This document shows positions 17,377 to 25,537 of a stretch of DNA of 44,750 bases, piece after piece (the first letter of the stretch is position 1; every line of letters begins with the position of its first letter). Both the position numbers and the translations under genes were made by a program. This DNA is from Candidatus Hadarchaeota archaeon (GTDB lineage Archaea > Hadarchaeota > Hadarchaeia > Hadarchaeales > JAWBSP01): NCBI GenBank assembly GCA_964474885.1, contig CAYYWO010000008.1, positions 1-44,750 of the forward strand, in the 5' to 3' direction. The notes beneath the pieces were generated by a model, which had not been told where the DNA came from, ran no database searches, and saw nothing but the letters and a program-made list of their open reading frames with translations.

Positions 17377-17768
17377 TTCAACCCCCAGGAAATTACCTTT
17401 AACGGTTTTATCTTCAGCATGGGGGCCTCTCCTTCCTCCCATCTGTCCATCCGGGCCCACTTGAATCTCCTGAAGAAGAGTTCCGAAATACGTCTGAACT
17501 CCTGCCCTCCCTTCAGAACTTCGACTTCACCTTGGATGACCACAGCTTTGTGGCGTCCCGGACGGTACTCGTCCACAACTAACGCAACTCTAGGGTTTTC
17601 TAGGATGTTCCTGTACTTCTTTGTCCCGTAATCGGTTACGATGTAAATGTGCCTTCCTTCTAGGATGTAGCAAACAGGGACGACGTGAGGTGTGCCATCG
17701 CCCGAAACTGTGGCCAGCCTGCAAACCTCATGTTCTTTAAGGAACTCGCTTTCTTCCTTTCCGAGCAT
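17373..17768 (-). CDS. Pyridoxamine 5'-phosphate oxidase-like split-barrel flavin/F420-binding protein
   Basis: RLATV..DG.PHVVPV, K.RNI..NPRVALVVD and SWGL motifs. Confidence 0.88.
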   Translation of the reverse strand: MLGKEESEFLKEHEVCRLATVSGDGTPHVVPVCYILEGRHIYIVTDYGTKKYRNILENPRVALVVDEYRPGRHKAVVIQGEVEVLKGGQEFRRISELFFRRFKWARMDRWEEGEAPMLKIKPLKVISWGLK

Positions 17769-17808
17769 CGGAAGTTATTCGTTTCCGTTTTAATCCTGTA
17801 GCAAGGGA

Positions 17809-17871
17809 ACACCAGATGTCGGGAGCTTGTCTATTACTATGGTAACAGACAGCGCCCAACACGGTCGGTGT
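17809..17871 (-). other. 63-nt imperfect RNA hairpin between thpR and the PPOX-like gene
   Basis: Stacked stems ACACC/GGUGU, GUGUUGGG/CCCGACAU, GC/GC and UGUCUGUUAC/GUAAUAGACA with a CAUA loop. Three G-U pairs form only on the minus strand. Confidence 0.6.
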
Positions 17872-17876
17872 ATTGG

Positions 17877-18440
17877 TTAATTCCCGCCTAGTGGTAGCTC
17901 CTTCAATATGTTGTAAATTGGCCCCTTGCTCGTCAGCGTGCTCTTCATGAGAGCGATCGATTTCACCTCCGCCGAGCCGAAGGAGAGCTCTTGAAGACTT
18001 CTGATGGCTTGTGCGAGTTCCCCCCTTCTCATTATTGCTTTCACTCTCCCTATTGTCACGTGAGGCACATACTCCCTCTCTTTGCTGAATCCCAGTCCGG
18101 CCAGTTTTGAATCGATCCTAGCCATGAGTTGCCTGATCTCGTTGCTACCCTTGTCTATCCCTATCCAGAGGACCCTAATGTAGTTCAAGTTGGGGAAGGC
18201 CCCCGCACCCTTCAGCTCCATGACAAAGGGTTCTTGGGCCGAGGAAACTTCCATCAGGGTTTCTTCTATTCGGTTCAGTTTGTGGTCATCCACCTCCCCG
18301 AGGAATTTCAACGTCACGTGCAGGTTCTCCCTCTCGACGGGCTTCCATGTAACCAGCGGACTCAATCTTTCTTGGACGGATTGCAACCTACTCTTTATGT
18401 CCTCAGGCAAATTTATCGCCACGAAGCACCTCATCTTCAC
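17877..18440 (-). CDS. thpR: RNA 2',3'-cyclic phosphodiesterase (2H family)
   Basis: MRCFVA, two HxT motifs (HVTLKFLG and PHVTIGR), G.FP...RVLW and S.L...GP.Y. Confidence 0.95.
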   Translation of the reverse strand: MKMRCFVAINLPEDIKSRLQSVQERLSPLVTWKPVERENLHVTLKFLGEVDDHKLNRIEETLMEVSSAQEPFVMELKGAGAFPNLNYIRVLWIGIDKGSNEIRQLMARIDSKLAGLGFSKEREYVPHVTIGRVKAIMRRGELAQAIRSLQELSFGSAEVKSIALMKSTLTSKGPIYNILKELPLGGN

Positions 18441-18503
18441 ATGTTTTCCCCGTCAAAAACGCTTGTTAGCACTTTAAGAGCGAGTTACAGCCCCATTCAG
18501 GAG

Positions 18504-19226
18504 ATGGTGGTGATTGATATCTGCGCTCTTGCCGGATCGGAGAGCTTCTCGGCGGCAAAAAAGGTGAGCCATCCTCCTTTCTACATACCATCCTCGACGT
18601 ACAGCTGGCTGGCGAGGGAGAAGGCCATTTCAGTCAGGAACACAGTGATCTCGTCCAGCTTCGTGGGAGCGTTGATCAGGAAGTGCGAGGTAGTCGCCGT
18701 TTACCTCCCAGAGATCTTGGATGAGGTCTCGAGGAAGCTCATGTTCTGCGTGGACCGGGAAGTCCCTCTGACGGACTGGCGCCAGCTGATGCTGGCGGGG
18801 CATCTGGGTTGTCCGCTTCTCACCCTCGATCCCGCCTTTAAAGACCAGCTTGTGAAGTCTCGCGGCAAGCCCCTGTGGAGCATCGAGATCCAACCCTGCT
18901 CATTTTTGATCAGGGAGATTCAACTGGTATATCGCCAGCTTGTGAAAGAGATCGGGGAGATGGTTTACAGAAGTCTGTCCGAGGGCACCGTAGAAGGGGA
19001 TATGGAACAGTTCAAGGAGGAAAGGGGAGAGAACATCAGGGCACTGGAACGCTCTCTGCGCAGCGTGGGGAACGGAGGAATTGAAAGCCTAAGGGTGGAC
19101 TTTCTGTGCATTGATATGCACGAAATCATGGAGGAATTTTTAAATTACAGGCTCTATCCGAAAGCCGTGATCCGCGAGCTCTGCAAAAAGACCCTGAGCT
19201 GCTTGGTGACTCTACCAGTCCATTAG
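18504..19226 (+). CDS. Hypothetical protein with a degenerate PIN-like N-terminal domain, 240 aa
   Basis: VVID.CAL at the start and LTD...L.LA..LG.PLLTLD, a PIN-like pattern; AGGAG just before ATG 18504. Confidence 0.5.
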   Translation: MVVIDICALAGSESFSAAKKVSHPPFYIPSSTYSWLAREKAISVRNTVISSSFVGALIRKCEVVAVYLPEILDEVSRKLMFCVDREVPLTDWRQLMLAGHLGCPLLTLDPAFKDQLVKSRGKPLWSIEIQPCSFLIREIQLVYRQLVKEIGEMVYRSLSEGTVEGDMEQFKEERGENIRALERSLRSVGNGGIESLRVDFLCIDMHEIMEEFLNYRLYPKAVIRELCKKTLSCLVTLPVH

Positions 19227-20699
19227 TGTGATAGCGTCCATTACGGTCTGCTTTTGCTTGGACTCGAACTCCCTGGCAGCATCCTCAAAGGTCTTCCCCC
19301 TCTTAGGGGGATGCTCAGGCGTTTTTATTCTGACGAAGATGGGGAAATTCACAGCCTCTCCAACGATTAGTGCCTCGCCCGTGGGGAGGGAAGAGATAGC
19401 ATCCGCAACGTGGGATGTTATGGCCTCTGAGGAGCGCTTTAGGTGGTCTAAGTCATAGGGGTTGGTTATTCGCAGGATGATGTTGGTTCCCGCCTGTGAG
19501 AGCACGGTGGTGCACAAGCGTTTGGGCCTTTGGCTGATCACGACGAGTGATGCCGAAAATTTCCGTCCCTCTCTCGCGAGAGTCTCGATGGTCCTCCGGG
19601 ATATGGCGGATTCTTCCGGGGCGAACTGATGAGCCTCTTCTAGGAAAAAGACGAAAGGAGGGATCCTGTTCTGCTTCCTCAGATTAAAGAGTCTTTGCAG
19701 AGCATAAGCCACCAAAATTTGTTTTTTTCTCAAATTGGTTACAGGCTCCAGGTCCAAGACCACGAGCGAGCCGGGGAAGAGGGAGTTCTCGAGGGCTGGA
19801 TCATCGAAGGGAGCGAAGAGTTCCATAGATTGAAGATCTGAGAGCCAGGCCAGGAGCGGGAGCTTCACGTTGCTGTGGATGTCTGAATTCTCAACGGCCC
19901 AGATCAGCTCCTCAATCCCGTAAACTCCCTCTTCCCTCCTCCTCAGCTCCGTGATGACCCTGTGCAGTTCTCTCGCTTGCACCTCTGACATTTCGGGGAC
20001 GAATTCTCGGAAGTGGTAGGCGCTCAGGTTGGGAACACCTATCTTCATCTTGTCTCCCCTCACTACGGTGACACTCTCTGAGAATTCCGGGATCTCGGCT
20101 AGGTCCCTGTATTCTCCGTGGACATCCACCACGATAGCCGCGGGGCGCCCGCAGCCCTGTTTTCTCTTGAGGAGTTGTTCAATTATAGTTCGGGCACAGT
20201 AGCTTTTTCCAGCTCCGGATTGGGCCAGGATTGCCACGTGTTTCTGGAACAGTCTGGTGAGATCGAGTTTAACAGGTACCCCATGGTGCTTGAGCTGTCC
20301 GATTTCGATACCGTTGGGGTTGAAGCCGAGGAACTCGCACAGGGCCTCCCCGTCCATCTTGTAGACGGGCTGGCCCGGGGAGGGGGGATAGCAGACCCTG
20401 TCGAGGGAATCCCCGTTTTGGACCCCCAAAATCTGTACCTTGGCAACGAGGCACTCCCACTGAGTTGTTGGGTAAATGGTCTGCATCTTCTGGCTGTAAA
20501 CTTTGACAGCCTCGACATGCTCGAAGTAACGGTTCGTCTTCAGGAGGTTCACTATCATACCTATGACCTTACCTTCCTCCGTTTGAAGGTGTACAAATTG
20601 CCCCTGCTTTACAGAACTTCCTTCCCCTGTGATCACGAAAGAGAAGCTGGACTGGGTGGGGGACTCCTCATCACAAATGACATTTCCCAAGACGGTCAT
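19212..20699 (-). CDS. herA: HerA DNA translocase (HAS barrel + ATPase)
   Basis: HAS-like N-terminus, H.AILAQSGAGKS, D.HGEY, LEEAH, REGRKF and SQRP motifs. Confidence 0.92.
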   Translation of the reverse strand: MTVLGNVICDEESPTQSSFSFVITGEGSSVKQGQFVHLQTEEGKVIGMIVNLLKTNRYFEHVEAVKVYSQKMQTIYPTTQWECLVAKVQILGVQNGDSLDRVCYPPSPGQPVYKMDGEALCEFLGFNPNGIEIGQLKHHGVPVKLDLTRLFQKHVAILAQSGAGKSYCARTIIEQLLKRKQGCGRPAAIVVDVHGEYRDLAEIPEFSESVTVVRGDKMKIGVPNLSAYHFREFVPEMSEVQARELHRVITELRRREEGVYGIEELIWAVENSDIHSNVKLPLLAWLSDLQSMELFAPFDDPALENSLFPGSLVVLDLEPVTNLRKKQILVAYALQRLFNLRKQNRIPPFVFFLEEAHQFAPEESAISRRTIETLAREGRKFSASLVVISQRPKRLCTTVLSQAGTNIILRITNPYDLDHLKRSSEAITSHVADAISSLPTGEALIVGEAVNFPIFVRIKTPEHPPKRGKTFEDAAREFESKQKQTVMDAITLMDW

Positions 20700-20700
20700 G

Positions 20701-21774
20701 CTAGAACGGCCTCTTGTCCCTCCTCAAATCGATCAGGCTACCTAGTCCGACTTGGTGTAGCAGATCCTGTTTGACGAGCTGGAGCTCCTCCCTCGATAGG
20801 TGTGCACACATGTCGGCGACGACGAGGGGGGCGGGAACCGCATACTCAGGGTGGTGGGCGGAGATAGCGAAAATCACCTCTGCAATCTTATCTGCGGCTC
20901 CCGTCCCCCCCAGATATTCGATCCTGAGTGGGCGGTCGTTGGGAACAGTTTTTATATAGAAGGAGAAAAGGGGTAGCTCGTCCGAGCACCGGAATACGCA
21001 GCTTCTCTCCCCCGGCAACAAAAGGCAGTCCAGCAGGACGGTGTCCCTGAGATGCCTGACGAACTCCCGTAGTTCCTGGGGTAGCTTGATGTTGACATCC
21101 GAGAGGATTTCCAGCAGGGTTCGGATGAAGTGGTTACTCCTACAATCCTTAACTACCCCCACTAGGTTTACCCCCCTTTCCTCGCAAACAGTGTACAGCT
21201 CCCTGTACCGGCGCAGCAGGATCGAGATCTTGTTCTCCAAATAGCCGAAGGGCCTGGGGAGGTATCTGGGCTGGATCGACCCGTCCAGCAGCAGGTAGTC
21301 AGGTCCGTACTTCTCAACGATCTCGAGTGCTAGATTGATCTCTATCAGCATCCGCTCGATTGATAGCAGGGATTCGGATTCAAAGGAGTCTAAGGGTTCG
21401 GTGGAATAAAGTAGCTTCGCTGAGGGGAGTGGGCTGGGATAGTATTCCACATCCTCCAAGTAGGTGTGCCCGTTGTAGTTGTAGATGACTCCCACCCCCT
21501 TGATCATCATCAGGTCGAGGGAGTGGAGGGATTCGCTTAGGAACCCGCTGTCAACGGCGGCCACTTTGGCCTCAATTTTCTCCAGCTTGTTAACGGGGTG
21601 AACCAGAGGGGGCTCGATGAGCTTGGGTGAAGGAAGAGCCCTGTGTTTTAGGTGAGATATTAGGGAAGCCACGAGTCTCCTCTTCTCGTCGGTCTCCCTT
21701 ATCTTCAAGATGAGTTCCTCGAAGACCTGCTCAAAATCTCTATCCCCGCCCACCACGAACTCTCTAGTACTCAT
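20701..21774 (-). CDS. nurA: NurA nuclease
   Basis: AAVDSG, LLLDGS, VGVVK, P.RIE and P.PL..AD..A motifs; directly upstream of herA. Confidence 0.9.
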   Translation of the reverse strand: MSTREFVVGGDRDFEQVFEELILKIRETDEKRRLVASLISHLKHRALPSPKLIEPPLVHPVNKLEKIEAKVAAVDSGFLSESLHSLDLMMIKGVGVIYNYNGHTYLEDVEYYPSPLPSAKLLYSTEPLDSFESESLLSIERMLIEINLALEIVEKYGPDYLLLDGSIQPRYLPRPFGYLENKISILLRRYRELYTVCEERGVNLVGVVKDCRSNHFIRTLLEILSDVNIKLPQELREFVRHLRDTVLLDCLLLPGERSCVFRCSDELPLFSFYIKTVPNDRPLRIEYLGGTGAADKIAEVIFAISAHHPEYAVPAPLVVADMCAHLSREELQLVKQDLLHQVGLGSLIDLRRDKRPF

Positions 21775-21837
21775 CTTACCAACTCTCGACGGTAGTAGCC
21801 AAAAAAGGAGAGAGAGTTCACTGGAAGTAAAAGTTAA

Positions 21838-22980
21838 CTAGGGCAGGTAACCTGCCTTGAACAGGTATTCGGCAGCCAAGACCGCCCCTCTTGCGGCCCC
21901 CAGCTCCGTGTTATGCGAGAGTACGGTGTACTGAAAACCGTTTGGGAAAACTTCATGCCTCTCGAGGCCGCCTATGCAAACAACCATCCCGCGTTCACGC
22001 ATGGAGTCGAACCTAGGCTGTGGTCGGTCCCTCTCAGGCAGGAAGAGAATGGGCTTGAGTGGTGCGGTTGGGAGACGCATTCGCTGAGGCTCCCCCTCAA
22101 ACCTCTCCCAAGTCCTCTTCAGATCTTCCAAGGTTGCCTCTTCTCTCGTCTGGATGAAAACGGACTCTGTGTGACCCTCCAGGACAGGGACTCTGTTACA
22201 CTTGCAGGTTATCTTGAAGTCAGCTGGGATTATCCTCCCATTCTCGTACCGCCCCAGCAGCCTCACGGTTTCCCTTTTGACTTTCTCCTCCTCCCCCTTT
22301 ATGTACGGGATCACGTTTCCCTCAAAAGTCGAGGACTGGTAGTCTTGGGTAGGCTTTGGAAGGGAAGATCCCTCCCTCCTCCTCTGCTCGGCCCATTTCT
22401 GAACGGCCTCGTACCCCGCACCTGAGACCGCCTGCATGGATGCCATGATGACCCTTTCCAGCCCATACGAGTCGTAGATTGGCTTGAGGGAGATCGCGAG
22501 GCCTATAGTGGTGCAGTTCGGCTGAGGGACGACAAAGCCCTTCCACCCGCGGTTTTTCCTCTGGATCTCGATTATAGGAGCGTGGTGCTCGTTCACCGAG
22601 GGTAGGTAGGTGAAGCTGTCGTCGAAGTACCGGTAGGCGGAGGCCGTGCTCACGACAGGTTTCCCCTTGGCTATCCGGCCCTCTATTTCCAGTGCAACCT
22701 CTGAGGGGAGGGCGGAGAAGAAGAAGTTCACCCCGGATTTCTCCGCCTCTCTCAGTTCCCTAACCGTGATCTCCTGGATCCCCTCCGCGGGAAGTTCATG
22801 CTGGTACCACCTAGTCTGCGCCGCCCCAATCCCCACAGCCTCCCGGTACTTTTTCCCGGCTGACCGGGCAGAGGCATAGAGCTCAACCAGTTCGAACCAG
22901 GGGTGCTCCTGGAGGCAGAGGACAAACCTCTGTCCTACCTCTCCCGTGGCCCCGAGCAGCCCGACTTTCAATTTTTCCAT
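21838..22980 (-). CDS. asd: Aspartate-semialdehyde dehydrogenase (archaeal type)
   Basis: GATG.VGQ, PNCTT, QAVSGAG, CNRVPV.EGH and HN...GAA motifs. Confidence 0.95.
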   Translation of the reverse strand: MEKLKVGLLGATGEVGQRFVLCLQEHPWFELVELYASARSAGKKYREAVGIGAAQTRWYQHELPAEGIQEITVRELREAEKSGVNFFFSALPSEVALEIEGRIAKGKPVVSTASAYRYFDDSFTYLPSVNEHHAPIIEIQRKNRGWKGFVVPQPNCTTIGLAISLKPIYDSYGLERVIMASMQAVSGAGYEAVQKWAEQRRREGSSLPKPTQDYQSSTFEGNVIPYIKGEEEKVKRETVRLLGRYENGRIIPADFKITCKCNRVPVLEGHTESVFIQTREEATLEDLKRTWERFEGEPQRMRLPTAPLKPILFLPERDRPQPRFDSMRERGMVVCIGGLERHEVFPNGFQYTVLSHNTELGAARGAVLAAEYLFKAGYLP

Positions 22981-23036
22981 GTGAGGTTTAGGCTCTGGGC
23001 TATAAATCCCACGGTTTTAATTTGCCCAAGGAAAAG

Positions 23037-23165
23037 ATGATGCCCCGGAGAAAGTACGGAAGGATGATCAAACCCCTTCCTCCTCCCCCGCCCCCCGAGA
23101 AGTGTAAGTTTTGCAAACGTTGGGGGCAAGCCAAGTGTCCGATTCACGGTCAACAGGCGGCATGA
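23037..23165 (+). CDS. 42-aa microprotein with hexaproline run and CxxC-x7-CxxH motif
   Basis: Translates to MMPRRKYGRMIKPLPPPPPPEKCKFCKRWGQAKCPIHGQQAA. Its stop overlaps the next ATG (ATGA); TATAAA at 23001 and TTTTAA at 23015 lie upstream. Confidence 0.6.
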   Translation: MMPRRKYGRMIKPLPPPPPPEKCKFCKRWGQAKCPIHGQQAA

Positions 23166-23539
23166 ACTGGTTCCTCCCAACCTTTGCGGGGCACTGCTCA
23201 TGGGGCGCACCTTTCTACAAGAAGGCGACGGAAAGGGTGGGCAGGATCTCCCTCGAGAAGTTCCTTCAGGACCCCAAGGGCTCATCTATACCACTGGTCT
23301 TCAACTGGCCGTTCGTGATAGGCGCCTTGTGTGGTGTAGGGGGCTGGATCCTCTGAGTAACCGGCCTCGCGAGGTTGGAGGCGATGATAGCGGGACCCCT
23401 CTTGGCGGCGATGTACATAACCAACCTCCTTGTAGCGAGGCTGTACCTGGGCGAGGTCCTCACGAGCAAGGAGTGGCTCGGCCTGATTCTGATAATAGCT
23501 GGAGTGGTCTCCTTGGGCGTGGCGGGAGGTGCAGGATGA
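23162..23539 (+). pseudogene. Small DMT/EamA-type transporter subunit 1 with an in-frame TGA at 23354-23356
   Basis: The frame continues past the TGA as VTGLARLEAMIAGPLLAAMYITNLLVARLYLGEVLTSKEWLGLILIIAGV, the DMT LGE......G...I..GV motif, and ends in an ATGA overlap. Confidence 0.75.
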
Positions 23540-23936
23540 CATCCTTCTGGGAGAGGTTTAAGCGGGGCGAGCTGCGGGGCCTGGCCGTTGCCGTAGCCTT
23601 ACTTTCAGGTGTGTTCGGGGGTCTTGCCCCACCCTCCAGAAGTTGGGGATGCCGGCCTCCTTCAATCCGGCTACGGGGACTGACTGGAGCCTAGTTCTCT
23701 CGAATCCCATCTTCGTGTTGGGGGCGGCCTTAGGGGTGGCATCCGTCCTTATCCTGATCATAGCCTTCTCCTATGGGAAAGCTTCGGTGCTCTTCCCCCT
23801 CTCGGGTGGCACGGGCTACGTCACAACGCTTATCTCGGCGAACCTCCTGCTGGGTGAGAGTCTGACTTGGGGAAAGCTGGTAGCCGTCTGTGTGATAATC
23901 GCTGGCGTGTCCCTGCTTAGCAGGGTGGCAGCCTAG
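23536..23936 (+). pseudogene. Small DMT/EamA-type transporter subunit 2, frameshifted in the C-run at about 23627-23630
   Basis: MTSFW...LLSGVFGGLA joins PTLQKLGMPASF...GKASVLFPL...LLGESLTWGKL..IIAGV if one C is added. Confidence 0.75.
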
Positions 23937-24688
23937 AATATCTCTAGGGTACTCAGTATCTGTCCCGGTTTCCCCTTGTCCTTCAGTAGCCTGATCACCC
24001 TGAAGAGACCATGGGCGAATGCCTCCCTCCCTTGGGCGCGATGGACTATCTCCAGCCTCTCCCCGGGCCCGGCAAAAATGATCATGTGATCCCCAACTAT
24101 CTCACCAGCCCTTATGGAGTGTACCTGCGGTTTCCTCCCGGTTTTCCGCTGAATTATCTCCGCCATTTTGAGGGCAGTGCCGCTGGGGGCGTCTTTCTTC
24201 TTCGCGTGGTGCGCCTCCACTATCTCGATGTCATAATCCTTCAGGAGGGGGGAGAATTCCTCCAGCAGTTTGAAGGTCATGTTAACTCCATACGCCATGT
24301 TGGGTGAGATAACGGCCCTCACACCCGAGGCTCGGACGGCATGTTTGATTTCCTCCAGCTGCTCCGGCTTGAACCCCGTCGTTCCAACCACTACATCGAT
24401 GTGGTGCTTGCAGGCCTGCTTGACGTTTTCAACCGCTGCCTCCGCAACCGTGAAGTCTACCAGTACCTCTGGTTTTGTTTGGTCAAGGATGTAACCCAAT
24501 TTGTCGGCACCTTGGACTTGAACGCCCAGCTGCCCAATACCCGCGAGCTCCCCCATGTCCTTTCCTTCAAAAGGGGTACCTGGTGCATCGATTGCTGCAA
24601 CGAGCTTTAAGTCGCCCTGCTTCTGCATCTCCCTCACAATGGTTTTTCCCATTCGTCCGCAGGCACCGCACAGTGCGACACGGATCAT
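23933..24688 (-). CDS. dapB: 4-hydroxy-tetrahydrodipicolinate reductase
   Basis: GACGRMG, DFT, VVGTTG, E.HH..K.DAPSGTA and R.G.IVG.H motifs. Start reassigned to MIRV at 24688. Confidence 0.95.
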   Translation of the reverse strand: MIRVALCGACGRMGKTIVREMQKQGDLKLVAAIDAPGTPFEGKDMGELAGIGQLGVQVQGADKLGYILDQTKPEVLVDFTVAEAAVENVKQACKHHIDVVVGTTGFKPEQLEEIKHAVRASGVRAVISPNMAYGVNMTFKLLEEFSPLLKDYDIEIVEAHHAKKKDAPSGTALKMAEIIQRKTGRKPQVHSIRAGEIVGDHMIIFAGPGERLEIVHRAQGREAFAHGLFRVIRLLKDKGKPGQILSTLEIF

Positions 24689-24730
24689 CCTAACTTCGTA
24701 ATGGGCTTTAATGAAGTTCAAATCTTTAGA

Positions 24731-25537
24731 ATGAAGTTGGGCCTCTCGAGCCTCCTCTTCCTCTGCGACAAGCTGGGAAAGGCGGTTGCAACGGCTGCGA
24801 ACTTGGGGTACGAGGCGATCGAGATAGTCTATGACGTCCCGCACTTCATGCCGAGGGAGAAGCCGGAGGTTAGGGAGTTGAGGAAGGCCATCAAGGATCA
24901 CGGCCTAGCAGTGAGTGTTCACTCTAGTTTTTGGGATCTGAACGCTTCGAGCTTCTATCCCGAGGTATACAAATTGACCTTGAAGAGGATCAAGGAGAGT
25001 GCAAGGTTTTGTGAGGGGCTGGATTGCGAGGTTTTGGTGGTTCACTCCGGCAAGTGTCCAGCACCGGACTCAAGGGAAATCATGGACAAGTCTAAGATGA
25101 TTTACGAAAAGTTTCTCCGCGAGCTCTCCGAATACTGCAGGGGGAGGGGTGTCAGGATCGGACTGGAAAACGGCGGTTCAAAGGACAGTTTGTTCTCCCT
25201 GCTTCCGCACCTCTCCAAGCTGACACGCCGTTACGGGATGGGAATCACCCTAGATCTAGGTCATGTGTGTTTGAGATACGGGAAGGACAACATCGACAAA
25301 ATCCTGCGCGAGCTGAGGAGGATCAAAGACCAAGTTTTGCATGTGCATATCCATGATAATCACTGGCAGAGGGACGAGCATTTGGTACCGGGGGACGGTG
25401 CTCTGCCCCTGAGGGAAATGTTGGACGCGATAGCACCTTATTCGGGCATGCTCATCGCGGAACTCTGGAATCCGCAGGCCCCCCTGAAGACGGCAAAGCT
25501 AGCCCTCCGGCAGCTCAAGCTCATGGCTCAAAGGTAG
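24731..25537 (+). CDS. Sugar phosphate isomerase/epimerase (xylose-isomerase-like TIM barrel)
   Basis: SVH, VVHSG, GLEN, LD.GH, HVHIHDN...D.HL.PG.G and a C-terminal Glu. Confidence 0.88.
   Translation: MKLGLSSLLFLCDKLGKAVATAANLGYEAIEIVYDVPHFMPREKPEVRELRKAIKDHGLAVSVHSSFWDLNASSFYPEVYKLTLKRIKESARFCEGLDCEVLVVHSGKCPAPDSREIMDKSKMIYEKFLRELSEYCRGRGVRIGLENGGSKDSLFSLLPHLSKLTRRYGMGITLDLGHVCLRYGKDNIDKILRELRRIKDQVLHVHIHDNHWQRDEHLVPGDGALPLREMLDAIAPYSGMLIAELWNPQAPLKTAKLALRQLKLMAQR

Noticed and set aside
17809-17871. Calling the hairpin an H/ACA guide, SECIS or bulge-helix-bulge intron
   Set aside because: No K-turn/K-loop with an ACA tail at the stem base, no GAA/A internal loop, and no 3-4-3 BHB geometry seen.
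23354-23356. TGA recoded as selenocysteine or Trp
   Set aside because: TGA serves as a normal stop in many ATGA overlaps here, the site is in a TM helix, no SECIS was seen, and the partner gene is also broken.
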